From the NCBI RefSeq assembly GCF_001194135.2, contig NC_068982.1, forward strand, positions 170,838,828 through 170,877,610: a stretch of 38,783 nucleotides of DNA, given 5' to 3'. A program made the translations under genes and the position numbers. The DNA is from Octopus bimaculoides (taxonomy: Eukaryota). The notes under the pieces were generated by a model. The model did no database searches. It had not been told where the DNA came from and saw nothing but the letters and a program-made list of their open reading frames with translations. This document shows positions 23,876-36,790 of the stretch, one piece after another. Positions within the stretch are counted from its first letter, which is position 1, and every line of letters starts with the position of its first letter.

Positions 23876-24160
23876 GCTGCATGGTCTAGTGGTGCACTCA
23901 TTGCGAGATCTTGGTTTTAATTTCACAAATGAGTGGTGCATTTTTTCTTGAGCAAAACATTTCCTCTCAGATTAGTCTTCGATCCCTTATACACCTGACG
24001 TGTAGAACAGCTTGCAACATCTTTGAGGCAACGGTGATTTGATGGTGCAACTCAAGGTAATGTGAAGCACAAATATTTCATCACTATAAATAAAAAATAA
24101 ACTTGTGCAGGTTGTTCAGCAAGAAAATGCATAACATTTCTCACAGACAACGATAGATTA
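23876..24160 (+). mobile_element. Diverged tRNA-derived SINE related to family 2
   Basis: Head ggctgcatggtctagtggt. The centre ttcttgagcaaaacatttc resembles ccttgagcaagacaattt at about 18250. Confidence 0.55.
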
Positions 24161-24569
24161 ACCTCACCATACTTTCTCTGTTCACAAATCGTTTTTTTTT
24201 TTTGTTGTTATCGTCAGACATCTTGGAAAATTTAGGCACTGTGTAGAGTCAAATTACCTAAATTGCATTGCTCTAATGTTGACGGAAAATGCTCAAACCA
24301 TTTACGCTTATGAGTTTATATACTATCAGTTTGACGATGTCAGATAATTATTTGCAGATATCAAGTACATTTACTAAATTTTTGTCCAATTAGTCTGACG
24401 CAAGAAATCAATTTTAGGTGATGATAGCAAGGAAATCAGATTGGGGTTACGGAAGCTGTAATTTTGTTATTGAGGATGTAGAAAGTTTTTAAAGATTGAT
24501 TCTACTAACATTGAGATACTGAATGTAAGTACAAGTCGTCAATACTCTGTAGTATAAAGGGTATATATG

Positions 24570-24592
24570 TATATGTACGTACGTACATATAC

Positions 24593-24625
<33 letters not shown>

Positions 24626-25190
24626 TGTATGTATGTATGTATGTATGTATGTATGTATGATTGTAAGTATGTATGCATGCATACATACATGTATGTCAAA
24701 ATTCAGTTTATTTCAAGATTTCTTGCCAATAGAGAAAGAATCGGTTTCTAACCGAGATCCGAGGTTACTTCATTGGAATTTCAACATCAGCAACAGGGTA
24801 TTTTTGTTTGTTTGTGTGTATGTATGTATGTATGTATATATGTATGTATGTATGTATGNNNNNNNNNNTGTATGTATGTATGCATGTATGTATGTATGTA
24901 TGTAAGAACGTACGTACGTATCTATGCATGTGTGTATGCATGTATGTATATATATGTATGTGAGTATGCATGCATGTATGTATATGTATGTATGTATGTA
25001 CGTATGTATGTGTGCATATATGTATGTATGCATGTATGTATATATGTATGTATGGGCAGCTAATTTCCACAACTGTGCACAGTTTCTCTTCTCTATCCCA
25101 AATCATTATATCAGGTCCGTTGTGCTTACATTTTATTGAAGTCTTCACTGGTACATTCCACTAGTATTCCTTTTCATTATGAGTGGCTAT
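24570..25190 (-). mobile_element. RLE LINE relic embedded in (ATAC)n: endonuclease fragment plus a probable 3' UTR piece
   Basis: 25063-25170 reads WNVPVKTSIKCKHNGPDIMIWDREEKLCTVVEISCP (RLE PD..E motif). A non-repetitive 24695-24812 segment is flanked on both sides by (ATAC)n; its identity as a 3' UTR is inferred. Confidence 0.7.
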
Positions 25191-25469
25191 GTCTTCTATC
25201 CTATTGTGTTTTTTTATTTCTACGTACTCGAGATTATACTTTCGACGGATTTCATTCTAGAGTGTCCTAGCTACAACGTCATGTCTCATTGGTAGATAGT
25301 ACCGTGCTGACATTTTCGGACAACTGCTTATGATGTGGTTGATATCTTTAGTGTGAACTGCACAAAGTCTACATTGGTTGTCACATTTTACGGCTTTTCC
25401 CGCATCTGTATCCCTTTTGGGCGTCAGGTACTTGGTTGATATTTCCTGTTCCTGGATTGCAAACGCATG

Positions 25470-25811
25470 CCCTTCAATGTGGGAGGTAGTAATCCGGATA
25501 CTCGTCTGCGATAACCTGCTTTGGTGATCGATGCTATTATCATCACATCTTTGGACTGTTCAAAGATGGTTTTCAAGGTCGTCGGCTTCCTACGGGTGAA
25601 GATGTGAAGAAAGTAGTGCATAAATGCTTGCATACCCAACCGAAAATCTTCCTCTTGAAGGGAATATGCAAGCATGTGGACCGCTGGACCAAGTGCATCG
25701 AAAATAAAAGAGACTATATAGAAAAATGACGCACTTGTTTATCTCGTGCTTTTGTGTAAATACACAGAGCATTTATGCAAGAGTGCGTATAAGTTTTAAC
25801 TATCCCTCGTA
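25470..25811 (+). mobile_element. Mariner (DD34D-like) 3' relic with right terminal inverted repeat
   Basis: WEVV...YS...HHIFGLFKDGFQGRRLPTGEDVKKVVHKCLHTQPKIFLLKGICKHVDRWTKCIENKRDYIEK* (stop 25727-25729), then gtgcgtataagttttaactatccctcg-TA, a typical mariner end in a TA run. Confidence 0.8.
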
Positions 25812-27276
25812 TATATGAATACACCCCACCATATATATATATATATGTGTATATATATACATATCTATATATACATATGTATGTATATGTATATAAAAAT
25901 CATATTTGTAACTATATGTGGAATCTGGTCTCCTCCGAAATATCACGTGTTTATCAGATGAAATATTGAGAAAAATCATATACACATACGTTAGTCATCT
26001 ATGTTATACATATACATGCACACAAACAGTTACAGGTAATATCTCACACTAACACGCACATACATAAACAAACATTTTCCATGAAACATAAAGTATTATC
26101 GTGGCGATTGTGAAGAAGAATCGAATAAAACTATAATTGTATGATATGCACATTAACACTCACGCACACACACAAGCACACACACGCAAACTCGCACACG
26201 CACACACAAACACGCACACACACACACACACACAAACATAGACCCGGACACACACTGATATGTATATACATTTCAGTTTATGTATTGAAAGTATTCCTAT
26301 GTGGCAATGCATACATACCCTCCTGTATGTGTGTGGGTGTTTATGACTATAATGTCTTTACACGTGTATATATANNNNNNNNNNNNNNNNNNNNNNNNNN
26401 NNNNNNNNNNNNNNNNNNNNNNNNNNNNNNNNNNNNNNNNNNNNNNNNNNNNNNNNNNNNNNNNNNNNNNNNNNNNNNNNNNNNNNNNNNNNNNNNNNNN
26501 NNNNNNNNNNNNNNNNNNNNNNNNNNNNNNNNNNNNNNNNNNNNNNNNNNNNNNNNNNNNNNNNNNNNNNNNNNNNNNNNNNNNNNNNNNNNNNNNNNNN
26601 NNNNNNNNNNNNNNNNNNNNNNNNNNNNNNNNNNNNNNNNNNNNNNNNNNNNNNNNNNNNNNNNNNNNNNNNNNNNNNNNNNNNNNNNNNNNNNNNNNNN
26701 NNNNNNNNNNNNNNNNNNNNNNNNNNNNNNNNNNNNNNNNNNNNNNNNNNNNNNNNNNNNNNNNNNNNNNNNNNNNNNNNNNNNNNNNNNNNNNNNNNNN
26801 NNNNNNNNNNNNNNNNNNNNNNNNNNNNNNNNNNNNNNNNNNNNNNNNNNNNNNNNNNNNNNNNNNNNNNNNNNNNNNNNNNNNNNNNNNNNNNNNNNNN
26901 NNNNNNNNNNNNNNNNNNNNNNNNNNNNNNNNNNNNNNNNNNNNNNNNNNNNNNNNNNNNNNNNNNNNNNNNNNNNNNNNNNNNNNNNNNNNNNNNNNNN
27001 NNNNNNNNNNNNNNNNNNNNNNNNNNNNNNNNNNNNNNNNNNNNNNNNNNNNNNNNNNNNNNNNNNNNNNNNNNNNNNNNNNNNNNNNNNNNNNNNNNNN
27101 NNNNNNNNNNNNNNNNNNNNNNNNNNNNNNNNNNNNNNNNNNNNNNNNNNNNNNNNNNNNNNNNNNNNNNNNNNNNNNNNNNNNNNNNNNNNNNNNNNNN
27201 NNNNNNNNNNNNNNNNNNNNNNNNNNNNNNNNNNNNNNNNNNNNNNNNNNNNNNNNNNNNNNNNNNNNNNNNNNNN

Positions 27277-27319
<43 letters not shown>

Positions 27320-27456
27320 GTGTGTGTGTGTGTGTGTGTGTTTCTTTCTTTATTTGCGCGCGCGCACGTGTGTGCGTGCGTGCGTGCGAGTGTGTGCGTG
27401 TATGTGTGTTTGTACATATATGCTTCTGCTTGTTTATACATATTTAAATTTATAAA

Positions 27457-27678
27457 TATGTGGTGCTGAAAAATTCCTGGCTTTAGGGTATCACGAAAGA
27501 ATTGGCTGGAGGGCCAACATTCTGAGTTCTTTAACAGGGCTTAGAAAAAATCTGAAGATTCGCTGTAGGATGTGTGTGAATCTGAGAGGAGAAATGTGTT
27601 GAATAAAATCATAATTAACTGATCCTCCTGTTTTTTTATCTAAATAAAGCAAGGAAATTTTCAGCACATCACTGCATA
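27457..27678 (+). mobile_element. Mariner-derived MITE, about 220 bp
   Basis: Imperfect terminal inverted repeats: gtgctgaaaaattcctggcttta (left) and taaagcaaggaaattttcagcac (right). The interior cgctgtaggatgtgtgtgaatctgagaggagaaatgtgttgaataa resembles a mariner C-terminus (R.RMCVNLRGE.VE*). TA lies at both flanks. Confidence 0.78.
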
Positions 27679-27945
27679 TAAAGGAAATACATGAGTATCT
27701 GAGTATATATAGGAAATATATGAATATATGAGTATATAAATATATGAGCGAAAAACATACTCTCAACATATAAACACACATGAGCCCTAGTGTATGTAGA
27801 GTTGCACATGTTGTTTAAACATAGATTTTATAAGCAGGTGCACTGAAATCGGAGAATATTTTCTTTGACATTGGAATCCTCCGCATATTGGCACCAGAAA
27901 CTTATGAAAATTCACAGTAGTATAGTATAGTATAGTATAATATAG

Positions 27946-27980
<35 letters not shown>

Positions 27981-29145
27981 ATCCCCCACCAAAAAAAACA
28001 AAAAATAAACAACGCGAGAACGGGGAACATGTGAAGTATTAGCAGAGGGTCAGGGAATGAAAGAAAGGTGGTTTTAAGTTTCGAGCAAAGCTCTTCTTCA
28101 GAAACAGAGGAAAATCCAATAGAAAAGGAAGACGAAGGGAAAAAAAACACCAACGATTCACATGTGGCTATATTTTGAAAAAAGAAACATATATATGTAT
28201 TTTTATATACATGCATATATGGTTATATATATATATATNNNNNNNNNNNNNNNNNNNNNNNNNNNNNNNNNNNNNNNNNNNNNNNNNNNNNNNNNNNNNN
28301 NNNNNNNNNNNNNNNNNNNNNNNNNNNNNNNNNNNNNNNNNNNNNNNNNNNNNNNNNNNNNNNNNNNNNNNNNNNNNNNNNNNNNNNNNNNNNNNNNNNN
28401 NNNNNNNNNNNNNNNNNNNNNNNNNNNNNNNNNNNNNNNNNNNNNNNNNNNNNNNNNNNNNNNNNNNNNNNNNNNNNNNNNNNNNNNNNNNNNNNNNNNN
28501 NNNNNNNNNNNNNNNNNNNNNNNNNNNNNNNNNNNNNNNNNNNNNNNNNNNNNNNNNNNNNNNNNNNNNNNNNNNNNNNNNNNNNNNNNNNNNNNNNNNN
28601 NNNNNNNNNNNNNNNNNNNNNNNNNNNNNNNNNNNNNNNNNNNNNNNNNNNNNNNNNNNNNNNNNNNNNNNNNNNNNNNNNNNNNNNNNNNNNNNNNNNN
28701 NNNNNNNNNNNNNNNNNNNNNNNNNNNNNNNNNNNNNNNNNNNNNNNNNNNNNNNNNNNNNNNNNNNNNNNNNNNNNNNNNNNNNNNNNNNNNNNNNNNN
28801 NNNNNNNNNNNNNNNNNNNNNNNNNNNNNNNNNNNNNNNNNNNNNNNNNNNNNNNNNNNNNNNNNNNNNNNNNNNNNNNNNNNNNNNNNNNNNNNNNNNN
28901 NNNNNNNNNNNNNNNNNNNNNNNNNNNNNNNNNNNNNNNNNNNNNNNNNNNNNNNNNNNNNNNNNNNNNNNNNNNNNNNNNNNNNNNNNNNNNNNNNNNN
29001 NNNNNNNNNNNNNNNNNNNNNNNNNNNNNNNNNNNNNNNNNNNNNNNNNNNNNNNNNNNNNNNNNNNNNTATATATATATATATATACATATATATACAT
29101 ATATATACATATATATATATACATATATAAATATACATATATATA

Positions 29146-32100
29146 ATGAAAACTTGCAAAATAAAACAACAAAAAGAAAGACGTGTGTGTAAACAGCAAA
29201 CAGATGTATTAGTTTAACGCTCGGTCAGTGAGAAATTCTTTTATGTTTTGAGCCTACGCTCTTCGAGGGAAAGAAACACAGAAACAAGCATGGAGAGAAA
29301 ACAGAAAAGGGCATAGTGGCTAGCGATCTATCATAGCGAATGCCGGACAGAGAGGTCACACAGGAGAATTAGGAAGAAGGGGAGATAATAAAGTATTCGT
29401 GATCCCAAAACGAAGGTGCGCGTGCGTAAGTATGTCAGAATGTGTATGTGCTTGTGGAAGGGGGCTGGTGACATTGACGTGTGCGTCTGTGCATGTGTAG
29501 GTGTGTGGATGATGGTTTAACTGCTAGGAAGTGGTCAGTGCTAGTGGGTATGTTGGTGTGGGTGCTGGGAAGTGGTCAGTGCTAGTGTGTGCTGGGTGAT
29601 GTGATGTGATGTGGTGTGGTGTGGTGATACGGTGGTGTGGTGGTGTGGTGGTGTGTGGTGTGGTGGTATGAGTTGTGGTGTGTGGTGTGGTGTTGGAGTG
29701 TGGGGAAGAAGAGAGTGTGGGAAGGGTGGGGTCTAAGGGATGGGGTGAGGGTANNNNNNNNNNNNNNNNNNNNNNNNNNNNNNNNNNNNNNNNNNNNNNN
29801 NNNNNNNNNNNNNNNNNNNNNNNNNNNNNNNNNNNNNNNNNNNNNNNNNNNNNNNNNNNNNNNNNNNNNNNNNNNNNNNNNNNNNNNNNNNNNNNNNNNN
29901 NNNNNNNNNNNNNNNNNNNNNNNNNNNNNNNNNNNNNNNNNNNNNNNNNNNNNNNNNNNNNNNNNNNNNNNNNNNNNNNNNNNNNNNNNNNNNNNNNNNN
30001 NNNNNNNNNNNNNNNNNNNNNNNNNNNNNNNNNNNNNNNNNNNNNNNNNNNNNNNNNNNNNNNNNNNNNNNNNNNNNNNNNNNNNNNNNNNNNNNNNNNN
30101 NNNNNNNNNNNNNNNNNNNNNNNNNNNNNNNNNNNNNNNNNNNNNNNNNNNNNNNNNNNNNNNNNNNNNNNNNNNNNNNNNNNNNNNNNNNNNNNNNNNN
30201 NNNNNNNNNNNNNNNNNNNNNNNNNNNNNNNNNNNNNNNNNNNNNNNNNNNNNNNNNNNNNNNNNNNNNNNNNNNNNNNNNNNNNNNNNNNNNNNNNNNN
30301 NNNNNNNNNNNNNNNNNNNNNNNNNNNNNNNNNNNNNNNNNNNNNNNNNNNNNNNNNNNNNNNNNNNNNNNNNNNNNNNNNNNNNNNNNNNNNNNNNNNN
30401 NNNNNNNNNNNNNNNNNNNNNNNNNNNNNNNNNNNNNNNNNNNNNNNNNNNNNNNNNNNCGGTTAGAGAAGATGTGCGAAGTAGAGGGGTCGGAGTGGAG
30501 TTACCGGAAGGCTCGGAGAATGGTACGTTGGCGAGGTAGGGTGGTGGGGTGGTAGATGAGATGGGTGACGGTGGGGCGGGGGCGGGTGGAAGAGAGCAGA
30601 TGCATGGCCCATGGAACGTGCTCTGGCAAGGGCAGCGTGGATAGTGGTGAGGAGTATTCACGTAGGATGAAGTGGTGAACCATGAGCTGAGATTGAGTCT
30701 CAAAGTCATGGTTGTCACTGCAGAGCGTAGATGGAGGAATTGGGAATAGGGGATCGAGAGCTTGGTGTGTTTAGGGTGGGAGGAGAAGTTGTAGTAGATG
30801 GAGGAGGTGAGAGTGGAGTGATGAGTGGTGACCGAAATTTCGAGAAAGGCGACTGAAGTGTCGGAAATAGTGCAGGAGAAGTGGAGGGTAGGATGGAAAG
30901 ATTTTACAAAAGAGAGGAAAGACTCTAGATGTTCGCGGGAGAATGAGGTCGCACCGATACAGTCATCAATATAACGACCGTATATTTCGGGAGTGGGACC
31001 AGTGAAACTTGAGAGATTTGCGCCTCAACGTAGCCAACGAACAGTTTGCATAGTTGGGGCCCATTTTCGTTTACATGGCCACTCTCGAGAAATGCTCGTA
31101 AAAATCACCCACGAAAGAGAAGCATTAAGTGAGAGGACGACTCGGACAGCCGAAAGAGTGGATGTGTCGGGTTGGGGGTTGTTTCTATAGTCAAGGAAAT
31201 GTTGGAGTGCACGCAGCCCCGCGTGGTGAGCGATCATCGTGTATAGACTCTTGATGTCAAGAGTGAAGAGAAGTATAGAGGGGCCAAGGGGGAAGGAGAA
31301 ATAGTTGAACAAACGAAGAGCACGGTTGGTGTCATGGATGTGAGAGGAGAGGGAAGCCACTAGTGGGGTAAGGAGACGGCCAAGATATCTGGAGATGAGT
31401 TGGGCGGGGAAGTTGCAGGTGGAGACAATAGGGCAGCGAGGCTTGTTAGGTTTGTGGATTTTAGGGAGGAGGTAAATTGTGGTAGTGCGAGGGGTGCGCA
31501 CAATGAGGTTACAGGCGGTGGGGGAATCAGAAGGAGGAGATGAGGTCTTGGATAGTTGAGGACACAGTCTGTTGGCAGCTGGGCGTGGAGTTAGAGAGCA
31601 GAGGGGAGTAGAAAGAGTTGTCTGGAAGTTGGCGGAGAGCTTCCGCCTTGTAGAAGTCCACGCACCACACCATCACGGCTCCACTCTTGTCAACCGGTTT
31701 TATGATGATGTCCGTGCGGCGTCGGAAATATCAAAAGGCCGAGAGTTCAGCTGGGGTGATGTTCTGATGTCAGGGACGCTTGGAAAGTCAAACCGGTCCA
31801 CAGCCCGCTGGCAGGTGCCCGTAGAAAGATCGACTGCTTGGAACTGGCTAGGAGCTAGCGTCCGCTGGCATGGTAGATGGCCCAGGTCGGTGAAGCAGTC
31901 ATCCTCATTAGATGCAGGTGGACTCTCGCGGAAAAGTGCACACAACCTAACGCGGCGCACAAAGCTGTGGATATCAGCTCGAGTCCGAAATTCTTTGCTG
32001 GATGGAGTGAAGGGGATGAAGCGCAGACCCCCTACTGAGGAGGGAGCGCTGCGCCTCAGAGAGGGGAAGATTTGGAAGAATGATAACAACAGACTGAATT

Positions 32101-32790
32101 GGAGTAGTGGATGGGACAGTATTAGGAGGGTGGTGGGGATGGTGGAATATTGGGAGGGGATGACGGGTATGTGGGTGGAGATTGAGAGGGACGGGCGGAT
32201 GGTGAGGGTGGGGGAAGCGTATCAGGTAGGGGTAGGAGTAGGGGAGGAGTTGGGGCAGTGGTATCGGGTATGACGGAATGGAGGAGTGTGTGGAGAAAAT
32301 GATGAAAGAGATGATTTAAATGAGTTATGTAAGGTAAACTAGTGTTAACATGGGAGGTCGACTGAGAGGAGAAGAAGATGGAAAAAGCCAGAAGGAGTAG
32401 GCGGTCGATGGTGTGTATTTTGGAGAGATTAGAACGAATGGTAGCGCACATAAGGCGGTAAGATGTAGTACGGAGTATATGTTTAGGATGGTTGAAGCAG
32501 AGTGGAGAATGGAGTGGAAATGGAGGCAGAAACCTTTAGGGATGAGGCGATGATGAAGTCAGCGATTGAGAAAGGAAAGATGACTAGAGATGCGTGTTTT
32601 TTTTAATTAGTAGGGAAAGCTTAATATAAGGTTGAAAGCAGCGGAAAGGAACGTAGAAAGATGTTTTCTTAGGCGGTGGTGAAGGTGGAGGAGGAAAGGT
32701 CTATAATGAGGTATGATTGGAAAATGATAAGAAAAGGGAGGGAAAGGAGAAAAAAGAAAAACAGGGGAGAGTTGCATGGGCCCGAGTTAA
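29146..32790 (-). mobile_element. Penelope-like retroelement (PLE), inactivated, with a probable pseudo-LTR at the 3' end
   Basis: RT and linker motifs listed in the next feature. The sense strand is strongly C-rich. The terminal region 29146-29420 contains a hammerhead-like fold. Outer boundaries are approximate. Confidence 0.88.
30470..32460 (-). pseudogene. PLE reverse transcriptase ORF, frameshifted
   Basis: GLRFIP...EFRTRADIHSFVRRVRL, IIKPVDKSGAVMVW (about 31680-31706), YLLPKIHKPNKPRCPIVS (about 31454), FTLDIKSLYT, LFVGYVE, EIYGRYIDDCIG (YIDD 30962-30973), FHPTLHF, SSHPKHTKLSIPYSQF. Confidence 0.93.
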
Positions 32791-33429
32791 TCTGTTATTA
32801 AATAAATGAATTCACACATACGCGCATGCGCGCACACACACGCATACACAGAGGGGCATATATGTATTCATTGTGAGCTATATCATACTACATTATATCA
32901 TATGTCGTATTTTATTAAGCATGCTAATGTAATCCAGTAAATTCTCTTTAGCATATGATTTGTGCATACGGCTATCTTCAGTTGGGAATCTCCCTATAAT
33001 ACGTCACTGCTTGTTTGTATTGCTGTGTGTATAGTTATTAGAAATTATGTCTTATCCGTTTACGTTCTGAGTTCAAAACCTATTCCCGTTCACATTTTCT
33101 TCCTTAGATAAGGGAGATTACAAGTTTTATTATTACCGCGTGATGGACAATTACTGAAGTGCAACACTAACACCTGTTATAAAGTGGTCTTCTCTGAACC
33201 CTCCTTTGAGAGTGATATCTGCCATCAGCCGAGAAATTATCGTCCTGTATGAATCGCTATTATTCCATTAGTACTTTTTCAAGTGCAGCATTAGTAAACT
33301 CATTGCTGTTAAATTCATACGAACATGTAAACAACTATGGAGTAGCTTCACTTACCTAAATATTTGAAATATCAATAAATAACTCCGTAAGCTTCACGTC
33401 CATTTACAATTATTTCTAGATAGCATATA

Positions 33430-33438
33430 TATGTAAGC

Positions 33439-33515
<77 letters not shown>

Positions 33516-33565
33516 TGTGTGTGTGTGTCTGTGTGTGTGTGTGTGTCTGTGTGTGTGTGTGTGTA
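33430..33565. repeat. (TA)n(GT)n microsatellite
   Basis: Direct inspection. Confidence 0.95.
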
Positions 33566-34696
33566 TCCACTATCTTTGGTTTTGCTACACTAAATGATCC
33601 TCATTTCTTAGTTGGCCTTTGATGCAGAAAGGATTTCGAAGTTGTTGCCTTCAGATGTGCTGCTTCCTCCGAAGTAGATTGAGCTGGAATTCTAGGGAAG
33701 ACAGGTCAAATTTCTTTATGGAGATCTGTACATTTACATGGCATCGGGGTCTTAAAGTACTCGGTAAGATTTTGAAAATCTGTGGGGCTCCGAACGTGAT
33801 ATATGAAAGTAACTTATTCTAAATCTGGACGGCTAAGATGGTATCTGTCACTATGCTTTGTCTCTGTGCTCGGAGATTACTATAGATTTAAATATTAGTG
33901 TTTTGTGCAAGCCCTACACCCAAACACGCATGCATACATACACATACATACACACATACACTCACATACACATATATTTACTTCTTTTTCAACATCAGAG
34001 AATAGTTTTCGTTGCCTTCTATGATTATTGTTGTTATTACCATTATTAATATTTGGTAGGGCAACTTCCGACACCATTTTAATCTACGTATCATTTTATT
34101 AGCTAGTTTCATCATTTATTACCCCATTTTTTAAAAACTTTCTTTCAATACTGTATTTTGTTGTTATTTTTAAAATATCTTTTACACTAAAAAGAAGAAA
34201 ACAAATCGAACAGTAACATTCGTTTTTGTTCAACACTACTGGAGAATATTTCCCCTGGTTTGTTACAAGATGTTTTTTTGGAATCATGAGATCATTCCTA
34301 AACAATTTTCATTTTTTGCTTTTATTCTTTTCTTCGTCGCATTTTCTTTAGTCTAGTCTGCGGTATATATGTAACCTTTTCCCTCTTATTCATCTTAAAA
34401 TAATGAAAGTTTCCATGATTATGGCAGTATTTGCTAGTCTCGTGTGGATTACTGTCGCTGCTGTATCTAATCTAATGTCCTTGTTGTGACTACATAACAA
34501 CTTACTATATTTCTATTAGAATTTGCGTCATACTAACAATATGTAATTTTCATAAGTCTGAGAATTCAGGCACACGTTTGATAACACACCTACACGTATA
34601 TGATTTTCTATTTCGCCACCTTTTCCCTTCTGCATGGAGTATTCGTGCTTATGTATCCCTTCTTATAAATATATTAAGATGCCTCTGTATATACCT

Positions 34697-34743
<47 letters not shown>

Positions 34744-36679
34744 ATTCTCTCATGCTCGCTGCATATATATATATATATATATATATGTCTGACATCTATC
34801 CTTATATATCTTTCTATCCTACCACCTCCCTCCCTCTCTCTCTCTCTCACGCACTCTCTTTGTATATACATATACACTTATGCATATATGTATGTACATA
34901 TGTATATACGTGCGTATGTGCGCGCGTATGTGCGCGCGTATGCGCGCGTGTGCGGTTGTGCGCGGATAGGTGTCTGTGTGTCTATACGTAGATATTTATT
35001 CTTGCATTTGTTTCTTACTTTATACTGCATCCGCTCTCTGGTCACGCCTTTAATGTTTTAGATCTTCATATCGTTCCCAAATATCTAACTTCGTTTATCA
35101 GTCTCTGCCAATGGAACAGCTTTATACGGAACACAAGCAGCAGCAAAGTTGTTCAAAACAAATTTACCGTGCATGTACGGATAGATACATTGATCACACC
35201 GACCAATTGGTACAAAACTAAACACATGCATCCACATTTATATTATGTGTGTGTTTCTCTGTATGTTACTTTATTCTCTCGCATGATCAGCTCTAGGGCT
35301 GCGGCCGTGTTATATCATCGACTACGCAATTGACACTTTCTCTACAGACTTCCTTCTATAATAGACAAAAATCATAGCAATATAAACTCTTCTCCTCAAA
35401 TATATTACAATTTGTTAATGAAAATATAGCAATATATTCATAGACTATTTGGAAGCTAAAATAGACGAGATCGAGAATTTTTTGTGAATAGCAAGAAAAT
35501 AATTTACTGAAAAAGATGCATTTTCAAAACAAAACGTATCAGAAACAGAAATAGATCTTATAAAAGACTACAATACGTAAGTCTATGTAACTATTATGAA
35601 ATATCTGATAACAATGAAAACATTCAGAATGTAAAGCACAAATTGAGACTAACAAAATACAAACATAAAGTTTTAAAATTAAACATAATACTGACCAAGA
35701 AAAACCTAGCCAGAACATAACAAACGAAAATATAAATAAAAAGGAATATAAGGAATATTTAAACATAGGAAATTTGAAACGTTGCTGTCATAAACTTGGC
35801 ACTCTTACGTTACTTATACATTAAGCATTTTATTATAGATATTTTGTTACATAGCAATGAAAACCTACGCATTGTTGACCATCACTGACAATTTTAAAAT
35901 AGTGGCAAACATCAACATTCCTTCACGCATACTTGCGAAATATCAAAAATAACGAAGCAAAAGCAAAACACTGCACATACTCTAGTGAGCATTAGATGTT
36001 CTTTGCTGTGCATTGAATGCATGAAATGAAAGTATGACTTGTCTGAGATGCAGACAAAGCGACGAAACCGAACTGCACGCACTCGTGCACTCTCCGAGCA
36101 TTGTTGACGTGTGGGGTTCGGTTGAACAGCTGTCGTTGCGTATAGAATAAATCAGGTTTCCAACTAAATTACTGCTCCACTACCCTACTCAGTAAAGGCA
36201 GAACAGTTGTTGCTCCTTTGTCGAGTAACTGTGAAGGAAGAGGTTGAGTTCTCTAAAAGGGATGTGTAAAGACATTTACCACTTTGGTCGATCCCTCATC
36301 ATCCGTTTGGAAGTTCCTCTTTATTGATAATATGGATGATATATCTTATATCTTCTATTTCAATGAATATATTCAGTAATGAATTGGTTTAATTGTTAAG
36401 CCTTTATTTACACGTTTTATACTACGGAGGCTGTTTTGTAGGATATCTTCTAATATCTCAAGAAAATCTGTTGTCTTCATTTCGACGAGTATTTCGTCCA
36501 CATATATGACGTATAACAAAGTAGGATTTAAGAGAGAATCGATGTATACTTCAACTTACTCTATGCATTTGCAAAACAGAATTTTGTATTACATTGCATT
36601 AGTAATTTTTTCTGCATATTATTTCATAACATGGTTAAATATGTTACATACTATCACATAAACACACTTGCGCGAACAA

Positions 36680-36748
36680 ATGTACATGCATACATACAAA
36701 CATACATACGTACATACATACATACATACATACATACATACATGCATG

Positions 36749-36780
<32 letters not shown>

Positions 36781-36790
36781 CATACAATAA
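36680..36790. repeat. (ACAT)n microsatellite
   Basis: Direct inspection. Confidence 0.9.

Noticed and set aside
33050-33090. ccgtttacgttctgagttcaaa SINE B-box-like fragment
   Set aside because: Only about 22 bp of match, with no flanking SINE body.
36040-36075. ctgagatgc...gacgaaac hammerhead-like words
   Set aside because: The core spacing is wrong, stem II does not pair up to GAAA, and there is no cleavage triplet.
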